Source: Cenococcum geophilum (Eukaryota). Taken from it: a DNA stretch of 64,000 nucleotides. The stretch spans positions 372,001 to 436,000 of the forward strand of contig CP158635.1 of assembly GCA_050273025.1 (NCBI GenBank), written 5' to 3'. The translations under genes and the position numbers were made by a program. How positions within the stretch are numbered: the stretch's first letter is position 1; the number at the start of each line of letters is the position of its first letter. Positions 22,784 through 36,901 of this stretch are shown here, piece by piece. Under the pieces are notes generated by a model. That model had not been told where the DNA came from. It worked only from the letters and a program-made list of their open reading frames with translations, and did not search any database.

Positions 22784-23701
22784 TCTAACTACTTATGTGG
22801 GGTGGAGGGACTCCCCCTATAGTACCCCTAAACTAGGCCTTATTTGGCGTCTAACACTAATAGCGCGCTGTCCCGATTAGGAAATACGTGATAGAGGATT
22901 AGTATAATATTAGATTTTAGGTAGAATTTCCCCCTATATATGTATATATATATATAAGTTAATATTACCTAGTTAATTGGATGTCTTTATATTACTATTA
23001 TATTTAAATATCCTAGGTTCTATAAAAATCGGCCTTTATACCTCTACGCGGTAGAACCTAGAAACCTAGTAGATAACTATTAGTATTCTATTAGGATTGT
23101 GCTAATAGACTATTAGAGTAAACGTAGAGATATATATATAGCTGCGTAGCGCTAGCACTACGACCTAGTAGTAGTATAGAGAATTTTTCGTTAGAAGAGT
23201 AAGCCCTAATAAAAAGCTTAAAACGACTACTATATCTATATAACTACTACGTCTATATATTAAAAGCTTAGTAGTAAAGAAGTAGGTAATAGGGGGATTA
23301 TAAGGGTTTAATATATATATTAATTTTATTTAACGTCTAATGCGGTCCCTATCTAGGTCTATATAAACTAATACCCTAATATAGGTATAAAAAACCTTTA
23401 AGAGAGATATAAGGGGTAATATAGTATATACTTCCCTAGGTAATACCTATACTATTAGCGACTTAGTTAATTAAGGTATAAGTACGGTAAGGGGGATGCG
23501 CAAGCCTATACAATTGGTAGTTTATAAATAAGAATCTAAAGCTAGAGAAAGGAAAGGAGACGGAGGGCGGCGCCGCTTAATATTATATATAATCCTCTAG
23601 TTATATAACGGCAACTATCTAGAACTATATAAAACTGTTTATAACTATCTGCTATAATCTACTAATATCTATTAGCTATAATCTACTAGTTTCTACTAGT
23701 T

Positions 23702-23917
23702 TGTAACCGACTACGGTACCCTGCCAAAACACTACCTTGTCTTGTCTCGTATCACCATATACACCTTAACTCGCTTACCAACTCGACCACTAATTTAGTC
23801 ACCGACTTGTTAATAACCCCTTATTTCCTACGCCTTCTTCATGTATATATACCACTTAATTTCCATAGATTTACAATTAAGTTGCTTGTTTAATTCCTAC
23901 ACACTGCAAAGCTTATA
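23702..23917. mobile_element. Solo LTR (216 bp) inserted in an LTR of gypsy A
   Basis: TGTAAC...CTTATA (RIP form of ..TTACA), 5-bp TSD TAGTT on both sides; absent from the other LTR of gypsy A. Confidence 0.85.
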
Positions 23918-26900
23918 TAGTTTCTACTAGTTTCTACTAGCGCTGTAATATTACCCCCCCTTTAAAAAGCCTGCCCTTAGGCTTTATACGTCCGTATTAT
24001 ATCTATAGGGTATTCTTATCTTTATAATTAATAGGTAGCTTATTGTTTTTGTTATTCTAGCACTCTATTTACTTGTTGAGGTACTTTAGGGGTCTAGGTT
24101 TATTAGGGTAACAACTATAAAACTTCTAAAGCTTATAGGGACTACTTATAAAGTTCTATATAGGGTACTAAGTAGGGTCTAGGTCGTACCCTTTCTAACT
24201 AATATAATATTTTAACATTCCCCTTATAAGCTTATAGGCCAGTATTTCTTTAATTTCCTATTTATTGTCACTATTAACCTAGATCGGTAGGGGAGGTTTA
24301 TTCATTTATTTAGGTAATAGGTTGTTTATAGCTTTCCGTAGTTTGTCCAGAGAGAAAATAGGGTAAACTTTAATTAAATTTAGGAGCTTTACTTTATACG
24401 TATTGCCTATCTTCTTAAAAACCTTATATAGTCCTACTATCTAATAGTCTAGCTTATGGCTAGGTCGTTCTGTCTTTTAGTTCTTTATTATAACCTAGAC
24501 TATATCTTTTATAGTAAAGTCAGGCTCTTGCCTATGCTTATTTGCCTATTATTATATTAATTTCTGGGCCTTTTCTAGATTTATATAGGCTACTATCTAG
24601 GCTTCTTCTAAGCGCTTAATGTACTGCCGTGCTTCCTTATAAAATAGTTTTTTTATATATAGTTTAGGGTCCTTCTAGTTTTTCTTAGTTAAAGCTTATA
24701 TATGGTAAGTAACCTATTTCTAGTTAAATAGGGGCAAATTCTATGGAGTTATAGGGTAGGGTTACTTGGGTATAGTTTATTAGGGGTAGTAGTTTAGCCT
24801 AGTTATCTTAAAAGTAGTTAATAAAGGGCTGAATTCTCTAATCTAAGTATTAATTTATAATTTCTGTCTAGCTATCTATCTAGGGGTGGTATATAGTAGA
24901 AAGCTTTAGCTTAATACCTAAGATTTAGGTAAACTTATTCCAAAAAGCTAATATAAATTGCGGCCCGTAATTAGATATAATAGTATCTAGTAGTTTATAG
25001 ATTTAGTAGACGTAGTGGATATATAGTTAGGCCGCTTTATTAGCATTAATATTCTTATAATATAGGATTAAGAACAGGCGCTTGCTAAAGCGGTTAACTA
25101 GAATTATAACTATATTATATCCGTTACGGTCTATAGGTAGCTTATAGAAGTCTATAAAGATATATTACTAGGGGCGTTCTAGTATTAGGAGTAGTTTTAA
25201 TAGTCCTAGAGTTTTATCTTATAGGATTATAGATCTACGGTAGCTGTCGTAGTTCTATATATAACGGTTAATATTTATAACTATTCCGGGCTAATAGTAG
25301 CGGTTACTAATAATCTTATAGGTCTTCTTTTTTCTAGGGTAGGCTGTAAAGACCTAGGTATAAGCTTTAGTAATAAGCCGGGTCTATAAGTTCTATTCCT
25401 TAGCTACTACTAGCCGTTTCTAGTACTTAAGTAGTCTGTTTTTAAGGGACTATAGGCTAGTAACATTCTTTGCCTTTTTACGGTACTCCTATAGAGAGGT
25501 GGTTATTTAGTTAGCCTATAGTAGTTTATTAATAAGGTTAAGTTTAGAGGAGTTAATAGGATATATCTTGGCGCCTAAGGAGTCTATACTTAGTTCTACC
25601 CATATTTAGGGGTTAAGGTATTTTAGTTATAGTAGCGTCTAGGTCTATAATAAGATCTTTATAGCTATCTAGTTATTTAGGTCTTACTTACGCCTTATAA
25701 GAGTGTCCGTACGGTTTATAGCGCCTAGTCTATATATAATTAAGAAGTTAAACTAAGATAGGGTATCTGCCTAGCGTGCCTACTAGGCCGTAAGGGCCTT
25801 AGTTATTATAAAGTATTCTAGGGCCTTATAATCTAAAACTACCTTAATTAGCTTAGGGGTCCCCTCTAGCTATATATACTAGTGCTAAAAGCTAAAGATA
25901 ATAGCTAGCATTTCTTTATTATAGATATAGTAGTTTAGCTTAGTATCTATTATAGTCTTTAAATAGTATATAATAGGGTATTATTCTCTATCCGGTTATT
26001 TTTAGAAAAAAATACTAGCTATTACGCCATCTAAGGTATTAGGTTTTTGTATTAAAGGCTATTTTAGGTTAAAATGGGTAAGTAGGGGAGCCAATACTAG
26101 CCGTTTCTTAAGCTTATTAAAGGCCTACCTATATATAGCGTTAAAGTAGAAGGGCTAGTCTTTTCTAGTAAAACGGTTAAGAGGCTAGGCGATTTTGCTA
26201 TAGTTCTTAATAAAGCGTTAGTAGAAGTTATAAAAACCTAAAAATAATTATACCCCCTTTACGGTCTATAGGGGTGCCTACTAATTAATTACGGCCGTCT
26301 TCTTTAGGTCGGTTTTAATTTTATTTATACTAATAATAAAACTTAGGTACTTTATACGCTTAACACTAAACTCTAACTTCTTAATATTAACCTAAAGGCT
26401 AGCCTTACGGAGCCGTTATAGGACTTTATAGACATACTCTTTATATTCTAGCTTATTCTTAAAGTAAATTATAATATTATCTAAATAGGCTGTATAGAAG
26501 TTATCTAGGTAGTTAAAGAGTATATAATTTATATACTACTAATACGTAGCTAGTCTATTAGTTAGTTTAAAAGGGAGTACCTTATATTTATACGTTCTAT
26601 AATAGGTCTAAAATATAGTAAGATCTTTAGACCTAGAGTTTATCCTAATTTAGTAAAAGGCTTAGCGGATATTAAGCTTTATAAAGACCTTAGCTCTACT
26701 TATTTAGGCTAAAGTCTTATTAAGTAGGGGAAGTGGATAGCAGTCCTTACGGGTTATATTATTTAGCTTATAATAGTTAATGCAGAAGCGGAGTCCTCTA
26801 TTTAGCTTTTTAATAAAGAAAATAAATAAGGTAAAAGGGGCTTAGCTAGGCTTAATAAAGCCCTTATTTAGGTTATTAATAAGATACTATTTTATAGCCT

Positions 26901-29148
26901 ATAATTTAGTAATAAACTACTTATAATAGGGGCTAAAGCTAAGGGTATTTTCCTTACCCTGCTTAATCTTAATCTTATAGTTATATAGTTAGTAAGGTAG
27001 AAGTATATTAGACGCTACTTTAGAGAATACGTCCTTAAATTTCTAGTATTAATAGGGCAGCTTTTATTTTACTAGTTCTTTATCTATAAGCTTACTTTCT
27101 TATCTACTAAGCTTACTTCCTTTTTCCTTAATTATTTAATTAATTTCGTATAAGCTCGTTGTAAAGGCGACGGTATTAAGCTAAACTAAATTTTAGTAAA
27201 ATCCTATAGCACTAATATAGCAGATATTGTTACGAACGCTTTAAGTACAATGTTATAACTACTTAGAGAAGAGTTAGAAAAAGCTAGTTAGTTAATTTAA
27301 GCACGGTCTAGAATAAAGCCAATAGAGCTATATAATGAGGAATAGTAACTAAGGTTATATAACGTTATACGTAGTATATATAGTGTATAAAGGGGACGTA
27401 CGTATAATATGTATATTACGTATATTACGTATAAGAAGGATTTTATAGGAGTACGGTTGTGTATTTAAGGACCCTTAATCCCTACCTAGATAGTTCCTTC
27501 TTTATAGTAATTCTTAGAATACAATTAGAGTTAATCTATTAGGTAACTACTCTACTAGTTATTATTACGTTGTTAACTTTAATTTATATTACCTATATAC
27601 CTAGCCTATTAATAAGCCTACCGTAGTACTTGCTATAAGGTTCCGTTATATAATTACTACCTAGTTACGGTATTAAATATAGAAAGTTAAATAATATGCT
27701 ACTAAAAGCAGCCACTATAATGCTATTAACGGCGGTAACTACTTTAAGGTTAGGAAATAACACCAGTATAGCTGATATTAACTTATAGCAACCTATAACG
27801 GTCAGACAGCTATAAGAGATAGTTAACTAGTTAATAGAAAATAATATAACGCTAAAAAATAGGATTAATGGGATAGGAGCAGTAAAGATTAAGTTACTAT
27901 TAATTAAGAGATTCTTAGGAGAAAGGTTAAAGCTTAAAGGATTTCTTATATAAATATACTTTAAAGTTATATAAGAAGGGGCAAAGCTATTAATACCTAT
28001 GGATTAAATTGTATATGTAGGACTATTCCTAATAGGAAGGGCACTTAAGTGGTTTAAGCCTTACCTTACGGAAATATAGGTAAATGGAATGATAACCACC
28101 AATTAGGAGGTATAATTTATATTCTTAAGCTAGGAAGGGTTTACGGAGCAACTTATATAAATATTTAAAGACCTAGAGATAGTAACTATGGCGAAAAGAA
28201 AACTCTAAGACATTATATAATAAACCTTAGTAATTAAGTATATAACGTAGTTCTAGACACTAGCTATATAAGTTAAGTAGAATAATAAGGCGCTTATGGT
28301 ATAGTATAAATAAGGACTTAAGGCTAAAGTCTAAAATATAATTATTCTAATAGAAGATACGGAAACCCTATAGGATTTAATAGATTAAGTAATTAAGATT
28401 AATAATTAGATCTACTAAAGGGAATAGGCTAAAAGAGGCTAGGATAGAGTTCTATAGTTATATAAGGCGTAGAATACGCAGCGACTAAAGCTAAGTTAAA
28501 AACTATAGTATTACACAGAGCTAATAGACCTAAGTGGTACTAAAGAAGCCTATAAGAGATAGAGTAAGAAACTATAAAAACTTAAAGGTTAAGGATCTAG
28601 TAATTATAGGACTAAAGAGTAGAGGTTAAACTAGGGATCTTAGTAGTAGAAGACGTTTAGGCGGACTCTATAGTAAAGTTTAAAGACAGAGCTTATATAA
28701 ATTGCGGAAAATAAGGTTACTTTATAAAGGATTATAAAGATAGTTAAAGTTACTATGCAATAAAGGGAACCAGACTAGTAGAAGATATATACGTATAAAT
28801 AAATAATAGTGTACTATAAGGAATAAAAGAGTATTTAATTAGAAGTTTTATGTTTTCATCGGCAAAATATAGTACCCTTTCAATGGCCTCAATGGTTGGT
28901 GGTTGACGCAATTGGCGCGCAGTTGAGGGCATTTGGCAACTCGACCGACTAGCCTATGTCGTGTTTTTTTAACACGCAGCCTGCGCGCAGCCTGCGCGCA
29001 ACCTGCCAGCAATCTGCGCATTTGGCAACCATAATTATATTTACCTCTTTTATACTAATAATATATTTTAAATAAATAAAAGCTATTTTAAAGCTATTTA
29101 TAAGGCTAGCAAAATAAATATTATTATTTTAGATAATTTAATATAATA

Positions 29149-29377
29149 ACGTAGGTAACGGGGTTATGACCGCTCCCTGGGTTATGACCGCGCTAGCGTA
29201 CCGCCTGCTATTTTAAGTAAAGTTTTGTTGTTCTGCTAAAATTCAAGTAACACATACATTTAAAAGGCGGTGTGTCGTGCTAAGGCTTACCTAGGCGTGA
29301 TAGATATAACTTAGGTAAAGTTTTGATGTTCAAAACGGTCATAACCCAGGGAGCGGTCATAACCCCGTTACCTACGT
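29149..29377. mobile_element. 229-bp Fot1/pogo-type MITE, copy 1
   Basis: Perfect 42-bp TIR starting ACGTAGGTAACGGGGTTATGACC, TA TSD; second copy at 36332. Confidence 0.93.
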
Positions 29378-29394
29378 TACAGCGATGGTTCGCT

Positions 29395-29850
29395 TCTACC
29401 TATCTACCTATTAACTTACCTACCTGCCTGCATCGCCTACCTATCTGCATCGCCTACCTGTCTGCATCGCCTACCTGTCTGCATCGCCTACCTATCTACA
29501 TCTACCTGTCTGCATTTGCCTACCTATCTACATCTGCCTACCTATCTATATTTACCTACCCGTTAGCATTTACCTACCTATCTGCATCTGCTTACCTGTC
29601 TGCATCTACCTACCTGTTTACATCTACTTGTCTGCATCTACCTACCTGTCTGCATCTGCCTACCTATCTATATCTGCCTACCCGTCAGCATCTACCTACC
29701 TATCTGCATCTGCTTGCCTATCTATATCTACTTACCTATCTGCATCTGCCTGCCTATCTATCTGCTTACCTGTCTGCATCTGCCTACCTGTCTACATCTA
29801 CCTACCCGTCAGCATCTACCTGTTTGTGCCTACCTGTCTGTGCTACCTTA
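29395..29850. repeat. Degenerate ~18-bp minisatellite (TCTGCATCTRCCTACCTR)
   Basis: Repeated tctgcatctacctacctg variants. Confidence 0.9.
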
Positions 29851-29889
29851 ATTCGATCGATCGATCGAATCGTTTATAGTGTTGGCTGG

Positions 29890-30455
29890 CTAGTCGTTGT
29901 CGTCTGGCTCTGGCGACGGTCGTCTGGTTCTGGCGACGGTCGTCTAGCTCTGGCAACGGTCGTCTAGTTCTGGTAACGGTCGTCTAGCTGGCGACGGTCG
30001 TCTGGTTCTAGCGACGGTCGTCTGGTTCTGGTAACGGTCGTCTGGTTCTGGCGACGATCGTCTGGCTCTGGCAACGGTCGTCTGGTTCTGGCGACGGTCG
30101 TCTGGCTCTGGCAACGGTCGTCTGGTTCTGGTAACGGTCGTCTGGCTGGCGACGGTCGTCTGGTTCTGGCGACGATCGTCTGGCTCTGGCAACGGTCGTC
30201 TGGTTCTGGCGACGGTCGTCTGGCTCTGGCAACGGTCGTCTGGTTCTGGTAACGGTCGTCTGGTTCTGGCGACGGTCGTCTGGCTCTGGCAACGGTCGTC
30301 TGGCTCTGGTAACGGTCGTCTGGCTGGCGACGGTCGTCTGGTTCTGGTGACAGTCGTCTGGTTCTGGCGACGGTCGTCTGGCTGGCGATGGTCGTCTGGT
30401 TCTGGTAACGGTCATCTGGTTCTGGCGACGGTCGTCTAGTTCTAGCAACGGTCCT
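29890..30455. repeat. 21-bp minisatellite (CGGTCGTCTGGYTCTGGCRA-type, with shorter variants)
   Basis: Contiguous tandem units without unique spacers. Confidence 0.92.
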
Positions 30456-30584
30456 CTGCTGGCTGCCGTTCTGGTGCCTCCCTAGGTAGGGAGGATATAA
30501 AGAAGGAAGGAAGGGTAAAAAATAAGGTGGCTACATAGGGTAGAGGCACGTGTAGAGGCTATCGGGAATATAGCGGGGACCCGA

Positions 30585-30938
30585 TGCAGAGCTTCGTGTA
30601 GAGCCTCTGTACGCAGAGCTTCGCGCAGAGCCTCGTGCAGAGCCTCTGTACGCAGAGCTTCGCGCAGAGCCTCGTGCAGAGCTTCGTGCAGAGCTTCGTG
30701 CAGAGCTTCGTGCAGAGCTTCGTGCAGAGCTTCGTGCAGAGCTTCGTGCAGAGCCTCTGTACGCAGAGCTTCGTGTAGAGCCTCGTGTAGAGCCTTATGC
30801 GAAGCTTCGTGCAGAGCTTTGTGCAGAGCCTCTATGCGCAGAGCTTCGTGCAGAGCCTCTGTACGCAGAGCTTCGTGTAGAGCTTCGTGTAGAGCCTCTG
30901 TACGCAGAGCTTCGTGTAGAGCCTCGTGCAGAGCCTCC
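30585..30938. repeat. 12/15-bp minisatellite (GCAGAGCTTCGT; EALH on minus strand)
   Basis: Tandem gcagagcttcgt and gcagagcctctgtac units. Confidence 0.92.
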
Positions 30939-31049
30939 AAGTAATAAGACTATAAGATTGTATGAGATTGTATAAGATTGTATAAGATTATATATAATAG
31001 TTAAATATATAGCATATAACTTTACCTTAATCGCACGTTAAGAAATATA

Positions 31050-31370
31050 CAGTTAGCTTTTAAAGTTGTTAAGTAGGTTAACTGCGTATTATTTAATTTT
31101 TAAGTAGGTTAACTGCGTGTCAAAGGATATGCAGTTAGCTTTTAAAGTTGTTAAGTAGGTTAACTGTATATTGAGTTAGTTAAATTGTATGTTAAGTAGG
31201 TCAACTGCGTGTTAAGTTAGTTAAATTATATGTTAAGTAGGTTAACTGCGTATTAAGTTAGTTAAATTGCATGTCAAGTAGGTCAACTGCGTGTCGAGTT
31301 GGTTAAATTGTATGTCAAGTAGGTCAAGTTGGTCAATTGCGTGTCGAGTTGGTTAAATTGCATGTCAATT
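31050..31370. repeat. Subterminal ~22/44-bp repeat array of the TIR element
   Basis: Repeated gttaagtaggtyaactgcgt / gagttggttaaattg units. Confidence 0.8.
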
Positions 31371-31396
31371 ACGCGAAACGCGAAAACCAAAGTCTA

Positions 31397-33488
31397 ACGT
31401 AGCTGACCAGGAAGCGAGCCACCCCACGTAGCGAGCCACATACAGGTGATATTTGATTAATTTATAATAAAATCAACAACGAGCTTATATATATTCCAAA
31501 TAGGCCAAATTAAAGCTTTTATACCACTATTTCGATTGTAATATTGCTTAAAATAATTTATTTACGTTTTGGTGGTAATAGAGACCCGCGCGCCAACTAA
31601 TCGCACGGGCGACTACCACATTCCTACGACGTCCCCTTCTAGATCAATGACCCATTGATCTACTTATTTGCAGGTTGCGGATCACACCTAAATATATAAG
31701 AAAGGTGAGCCTAATCTTAATTATACTTATTAGGGTTTAGAACGGCTCTGCTTAACATAGCAACGTTAAGCTCTGGTAGAGTCGTTCCTTTCTTATACTC
31801 CCTTTAAGTTAACTTTTGTGCGGAGGCCTCCTGCTTCTATAGATCTTCAGATTTCAATTAATCGACGTCCTCTTGACTAAGGACTCTGCCCTTACTAAGC
31901 AGTTGCCTACTTAACTTCTTGTTAATATAAAAGCTTTAATATTTCCTATTTTCTTCCCTTTAGATATGGGAGTCGGTTGCGAAGCCTATTAAAGCTTTAA
32001 AAAGCTTTTTAAGATATTGCCGAGTCGGAGTCTTAAGTAGGCCGTTAAGTCGTATGGTCGTTAATTTGTTAATTTAATTATATAGAAATTTAATTTCCCT
32101 TATAGTTCTTAGCGTCTTTAAAGTGCGTAAAGTAGTAGGTGTATTTAATTCCTCTTTATTCTGGCTTTTAGAAGGCTTTGTATAGGTAAGAGTCTTTAAA
32201 ATAGCAGTAGGATTATAAGGTAGAAGGCCTATAGCTTTCTAGGCGTTGCTGATTGTATCGGGGGTAAATGCCTATATGCGCGCCTTTGGGTAGAGCTTTA
32301 AAAAATATTCCTTATTAACGCCTAAGTGGCTATATTAACAGAAGTTATCTACTTGCTTCCTGTAGTAGTAAGAGAGTAGCCTAAAACAACCCATATCTAG
32401 TGGTTGGAGCTTGTGAGTTAAATGAGGTAGTAGAGCGACTAGGACGATCTTATGCGCAAGCGCATACTTAATGAATTGCCAGGTAAGGTGGCTCGAATAA
32501 TTATCCATTAAAAGTAGGCGATATTACTATATTTTACCATTGGAATCTTCTATAAGGTATCTTATATATTTATTATAATGTTCGATATAATATAGGCCTA
32601 AAGAGCTATCTGTCTACCTACTAGGGGAGGTGGCGTATATGTATCCACGAAGGCCCTTATTTTGCTTAGTAATTTAATACCATCCTTCTAGGTAGGTTTG
32701 CGCCTTCCAAATTAAGAAGGCGGGCAGTAGAGAGCCGTTGGCGTAAATTGTCTTAATAATAGATACTAACTTACGAGAGCCTGGCTATATAACTGTTTAA
32801 TTTTTTAACCTTTCCCTATACGTCTTGCCTAACACGATTACCCAGGCCACCGCTATAAGGCCTAGCATTACCCCCTTCTTGTTAAAGTTGCTAATAAATT
32901 TTAAATGCTTAACTTAATATCGCTTACGAACGGCACGGAAGAACGTGAACTAATCACGTATAATTACTGGATTATTATTCCAAGCTCTCTAACAGTCGAG
33001 CTGACGACTTAATATAGTACTGAGACCGTGGCGTTGAACAAATCTCTGCCCCTAATACTTGCCTATAGTTTGGCCATTTCCTAAAAGGGAATAAGCTATT
33101 TCTAAGAGCATATTAACCTTTAACGGAAGGCCCCAGGATTGACATTCGTGGATCCATTTAATAATTTGCTGTTCTTGTAAAGGATGCAATAAACCTGGAT
33201 AAGCTTCGTGTTGTAAGAGACGGCCAGCAAGACGATGTCCAACGGTAGATCTGGGTGCTCCATGGGCGCTAGAGGCCTTGCGAATCGACGGCTCAACACC
33301 AGAAGAAAGATCTTGTATAATATTTTGTATGGTAGTCTCGGCTTCGCGAGAGGGTAAGGATTGATTTGGCATCGTGTAATATGCTGAGGCTTTTTGATTT
33401 TGGTGTAATTTGCTATGAAATTAAAAATGGTAGGAATATTCTTGTGTGGCTCGCTACGTGGGGTGGCTCGCTTCCTGGTCAGCTACGT
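31397..33488 (-). mobile_element. Fot1/pogo-family transposon (2.09 kb) with transposase pseudogene
   Basis: TIR ACGTAGCTGACCAGGAAGCGAGCCACCCCACGTAGCGAGCCACA, TA TSD; ATG 33372, HTH (SIRKASSAHGAPRSTVGHRLAG), LLMDNYSSH, LLPHLTHKLQPLDMGCF; in-frame stops. Confidence 0.93.
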
Positions 33489-36331
33489 TACTTGAATCTC
33501 ATCCTGCGAATATTTTCCCGATGTTGTTATAATAACGCATGCCAAATTTATAAAGACGCTAAGTATGGTATAAGCTATTAGCTATAGGAGCTAAAATCCT
33601 TAAAGTATAAGGGAATTAATAAACTATTACGTAGATCGGATATTAAAGATGATAAGTTTAATATAGGCGAAGTATTTACAGACAATAAGGTAATAAAGGT
33701 AATTTATTAGGAACGTGTAAACCTTAAAGAAGTTATATTAGAAGTAGAGATTAAGACCCCTATAGAGCAAGATTTTGTAATGGGAATTATAACACTATTA
33801 GATATAGTATCTATCGCTTTATAAAATAAAAGGAAGAGTATTCTATAGGGATTAAGTAAGCAAATAACTACTAGTGCTAATTTACTACTTAATAAAGGTA
33901 AAAAGCTAAAGGCTTAAGACTTTTAAGATAAGATAAGAGACGACTAAGATTCTTAAGATAAGATAAGGTATACCTAAGGACCTATAATAGATAGAAACCG
34001 GTAGAGTAGGGTAATATCTTAGTTTAAAGATATATAAATAAGCTTAGGATAGAGTTTCCTATAGGTATAAGACTCTTAAGATAAAATAAGTAAGATTTAA
34101 GACTCTTAAGACGAGATAAGAATACCTAAGCCTAGTTAGACTAAGGTAGGAGTAAAGCTTAAGATAGAAGTAAGCTTAGGATTAAAATTTTTATAGAACT
34201 AAGACTTTAAGATATAAATAAGGACTATTAATAAGATTAAGAAGTAAGGAGACTTTAAAAATCTACTTATAAAACGCGAAAAGAAAGAAACTATAGAGGA
34301 ATTTAGAGTAAGAATTACCTTATAGTAAAACTAGAAACTAGATAAGAGATCTAGTACACTAGGATATATAAGGGATAGAGCACCTATATAAAGAATTACT
34401 AATAGGCCTAAGGCAGGTATACTAAGAGCTAAGTAGCTTACTAAACTAGAATGAGAAGAGGATCTAGGGATTCTAACTAGGTTTAAAGAATAATATATAA
34501 AGGGCTGTTATAACGTAGTAATAAAAAGATACTTCCTTACGGACGAGCCGTATATACTTAAGGGGCTATACTAAAAGTAGTATAGGCAACGATATAATAA
34601 TAAGTGGGAAGATTTCTATATATAGTTAGATAAAAAAGTTGTCTAAAACCACCCGATTATAAAGAAGGCTATAAGTTATATTAAAGGAGCCTTAATTATA
34701 ACATTAAAAGATTTAGAGGAGTAAATAGAGGACTAGAGAAGTAAGAGGTAAATCTTAGCACTAGCGAACGAAGTTGTAACGCTTAAATTAATACGAAAAA
34801 GGTTTAAACTTAAGGATAAAAACGAGCTAAGAGTTAACCTAAAACACTAAGTATATTATATATTAGTATAGATTATATATATAAATAATGCGTATAATAT
34901 ATATAAAGCACCTAAAGATAAGAACTAGAAGTATTTAGTAAGGATATATTAGGTACCAGACAAGGTAAAATATAAAAACACTAAGTATATATATAGTTAG
35001 CACCTAATAGAAGTGCAAAGCTAAGGGGACTTAATACTTTAGCTAGGAAGATTCCTTACGGAAGAATACCTAGATAGATAATAGTAGTGGGAATGCCTAG
35101 AGAATATGTGTCTATAGTATATTAAAGATAAAAAGTAAACTAAATATTAGCTAAAAGTGGACTAAGTATAAATAGGATTAAGTAGCTAATAGTTAGGAAA
35201 AGTAGAGGCTTATAAGACTAGAGGGAACTAGTAGTAAAGCCTTAAACCCTTAAAGGAATTTAAGAACAATACCTAAATTTATAAATTAAGTGGTAAAATT
35301 AATAGTTTAAAGCGTTAATAGATAGTGGAGTAATAAGAAACTATATTATATTAGTAGTAGTTAAAAAAAATAGGGTTACTATATAGGAAAAAGGAGCACC
35401 CTTATTTATTAGTAATAATTTTAGGGGATCTAATAGCCTACGGAGGAGGTATTATTAACCTTAAAATAGGACCTATTTAGTTAACTATTAAAGGAAGATA
35501 AATTAAGATATCTTTTAATATATTACTATTAGGGAATAATAAGGCAGTACTAGGAATGCCTTAGTTATAGAAATACAATCTAAAGATTAATTAGGTTATA
35601 GGTTAGGTTAATATTAAAAATACTTAATAATATAAGATGTAATAATAAGCTAAGTTAGTATAGTACTAAGTAGGAGCAACCTATAAAGAAATAGAAAAAG
35701 GACTAAGTTATGTACTAAAAAGATACTATAAGTATAGTAAAAAACTATAGTTACTAGAAAGTAAGAAGCTATTAGAGTATATAGTATAGGACTATAAAAT
35801 AGAATTAAAACTAGAAATAAGTCTAAGGTTCTTTTTAATCTATAAGCTTACTAAAGAAGAAAGTAGAGTATTAAAAGAGTTTATCTAAGAAAACTTATAA
35901 AAGGGATATATTAGACTATTATAGTTATTAGTAGGTTATCTAGTACTATTTATACCGAAGAAGAATAGTAAACTAAGGCTGTATATTAACTATAGATAGT
36001 TAAACAGCATTACTAGAAAGGATAGGTATCCTTTACCCTTAATTAGCAAAATCTAAAATAGGATAGGTAATATATAAATCTTTATAAAGATAGATCTAAG
36101 ATAGGCGTACTATTAGGTTAGGATTAAGGAAGGCAATAAATAGAAGGCAGCCTTTAGGTTAAAGGAAGGACTATATAAGCTATTAGTTATATAATTCGGG
36201 CTTATAAACGCGCTAGTAATGTTCTAGAAGCGTATTAATAATATATTAGGAGAATACTTAGATGAATTTGTTATAGTATACCTTAATAATATTATTTTCT
36301 ACTTAATAACTAAGGAAAAATACGGGGAATA

Positions 36332-36560
36332 ACGTGGTTAACGGGGTTTTGACCGCTCCCTGGGTTATGACCGCGCTAGCGTACCGCCTGCTGTTTTAAG
36401 TAAAGTTTTGTTGTTCTGCCAAAATTAAAGTAACACATATATTTAAAAGGCGGTGTGTCGTAATAAGGCTTACCTAGGCGTGATAGATATAACCTAGGTA
36501 AAGTTTTGATGTTCAAAACGGTTATAACTTAGGGAGCGGTCAAAACCCCGTTAACCACGT
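36332..36560. mobile_element. 229-bp Fot1/pogo-type MITE, copy 2, inserted in the RT of gypsy B
   Basis: TIR ACGTGGTTAACGGGGTTTTGACC, TA TSD; interior nearly identical to 29149-29377. Confidence 0.93.
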
Positions 36561-36901
36561 TACGTTAAATAGGTCTTAAAGAGACTATAAGAAGAATAGA
36601 TGCTAGTAGCAATTAAGAAATATAAGTTCTTTACTAGGAAGACCAATTTTATAGAATTTATTATTAAACTAGGCTAACTTAGTATAGATCTAAAGAAGAT
36701 TAAGACTATAATAAATTGGTAGGAACTAGAGAACATTATATAATTAAGATCGTTTTTAGGGGTTTAAAATTACTATAGAAGGTTTATAGCGCAATAGTTA
36801 AAGGATATTAAACTATTTATATAACTAATAAAGAAAGAAGAACTATAGGCATAAGGAAAGGAATAAAGGAAATTATTTAAAAAAAGTTAAAGAATTGTTT
36901 A

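Larger units (their letters stand above)
28857..33523. mobile_element. Unclassified TIR element (CMC/EnSpm-like ends) rich in minisatellites, inserted in gypsy B
   Basis: 14-bp TIR CATCGG(C/G)AAAATAT, 2-bp TSD TT; removal restores host frame SFMF-CYNNACQIYKDAKYG; subterminal GTCAACTGCG/CGCAGTTGA-type repeats at both ends. Confidence 0.75.

Noticed and set aside
29323..29967. 214-aa Tyr/Leu/Ser-rich membrane-like ORF
   Set aside because: It starts inside a MITE and runs through a degenerate minisatellite
29890..30938. CRISPR-like array
   Set aside because: Units are contiguous with no unique spacers, no cas genes, and the context is eukaryotic
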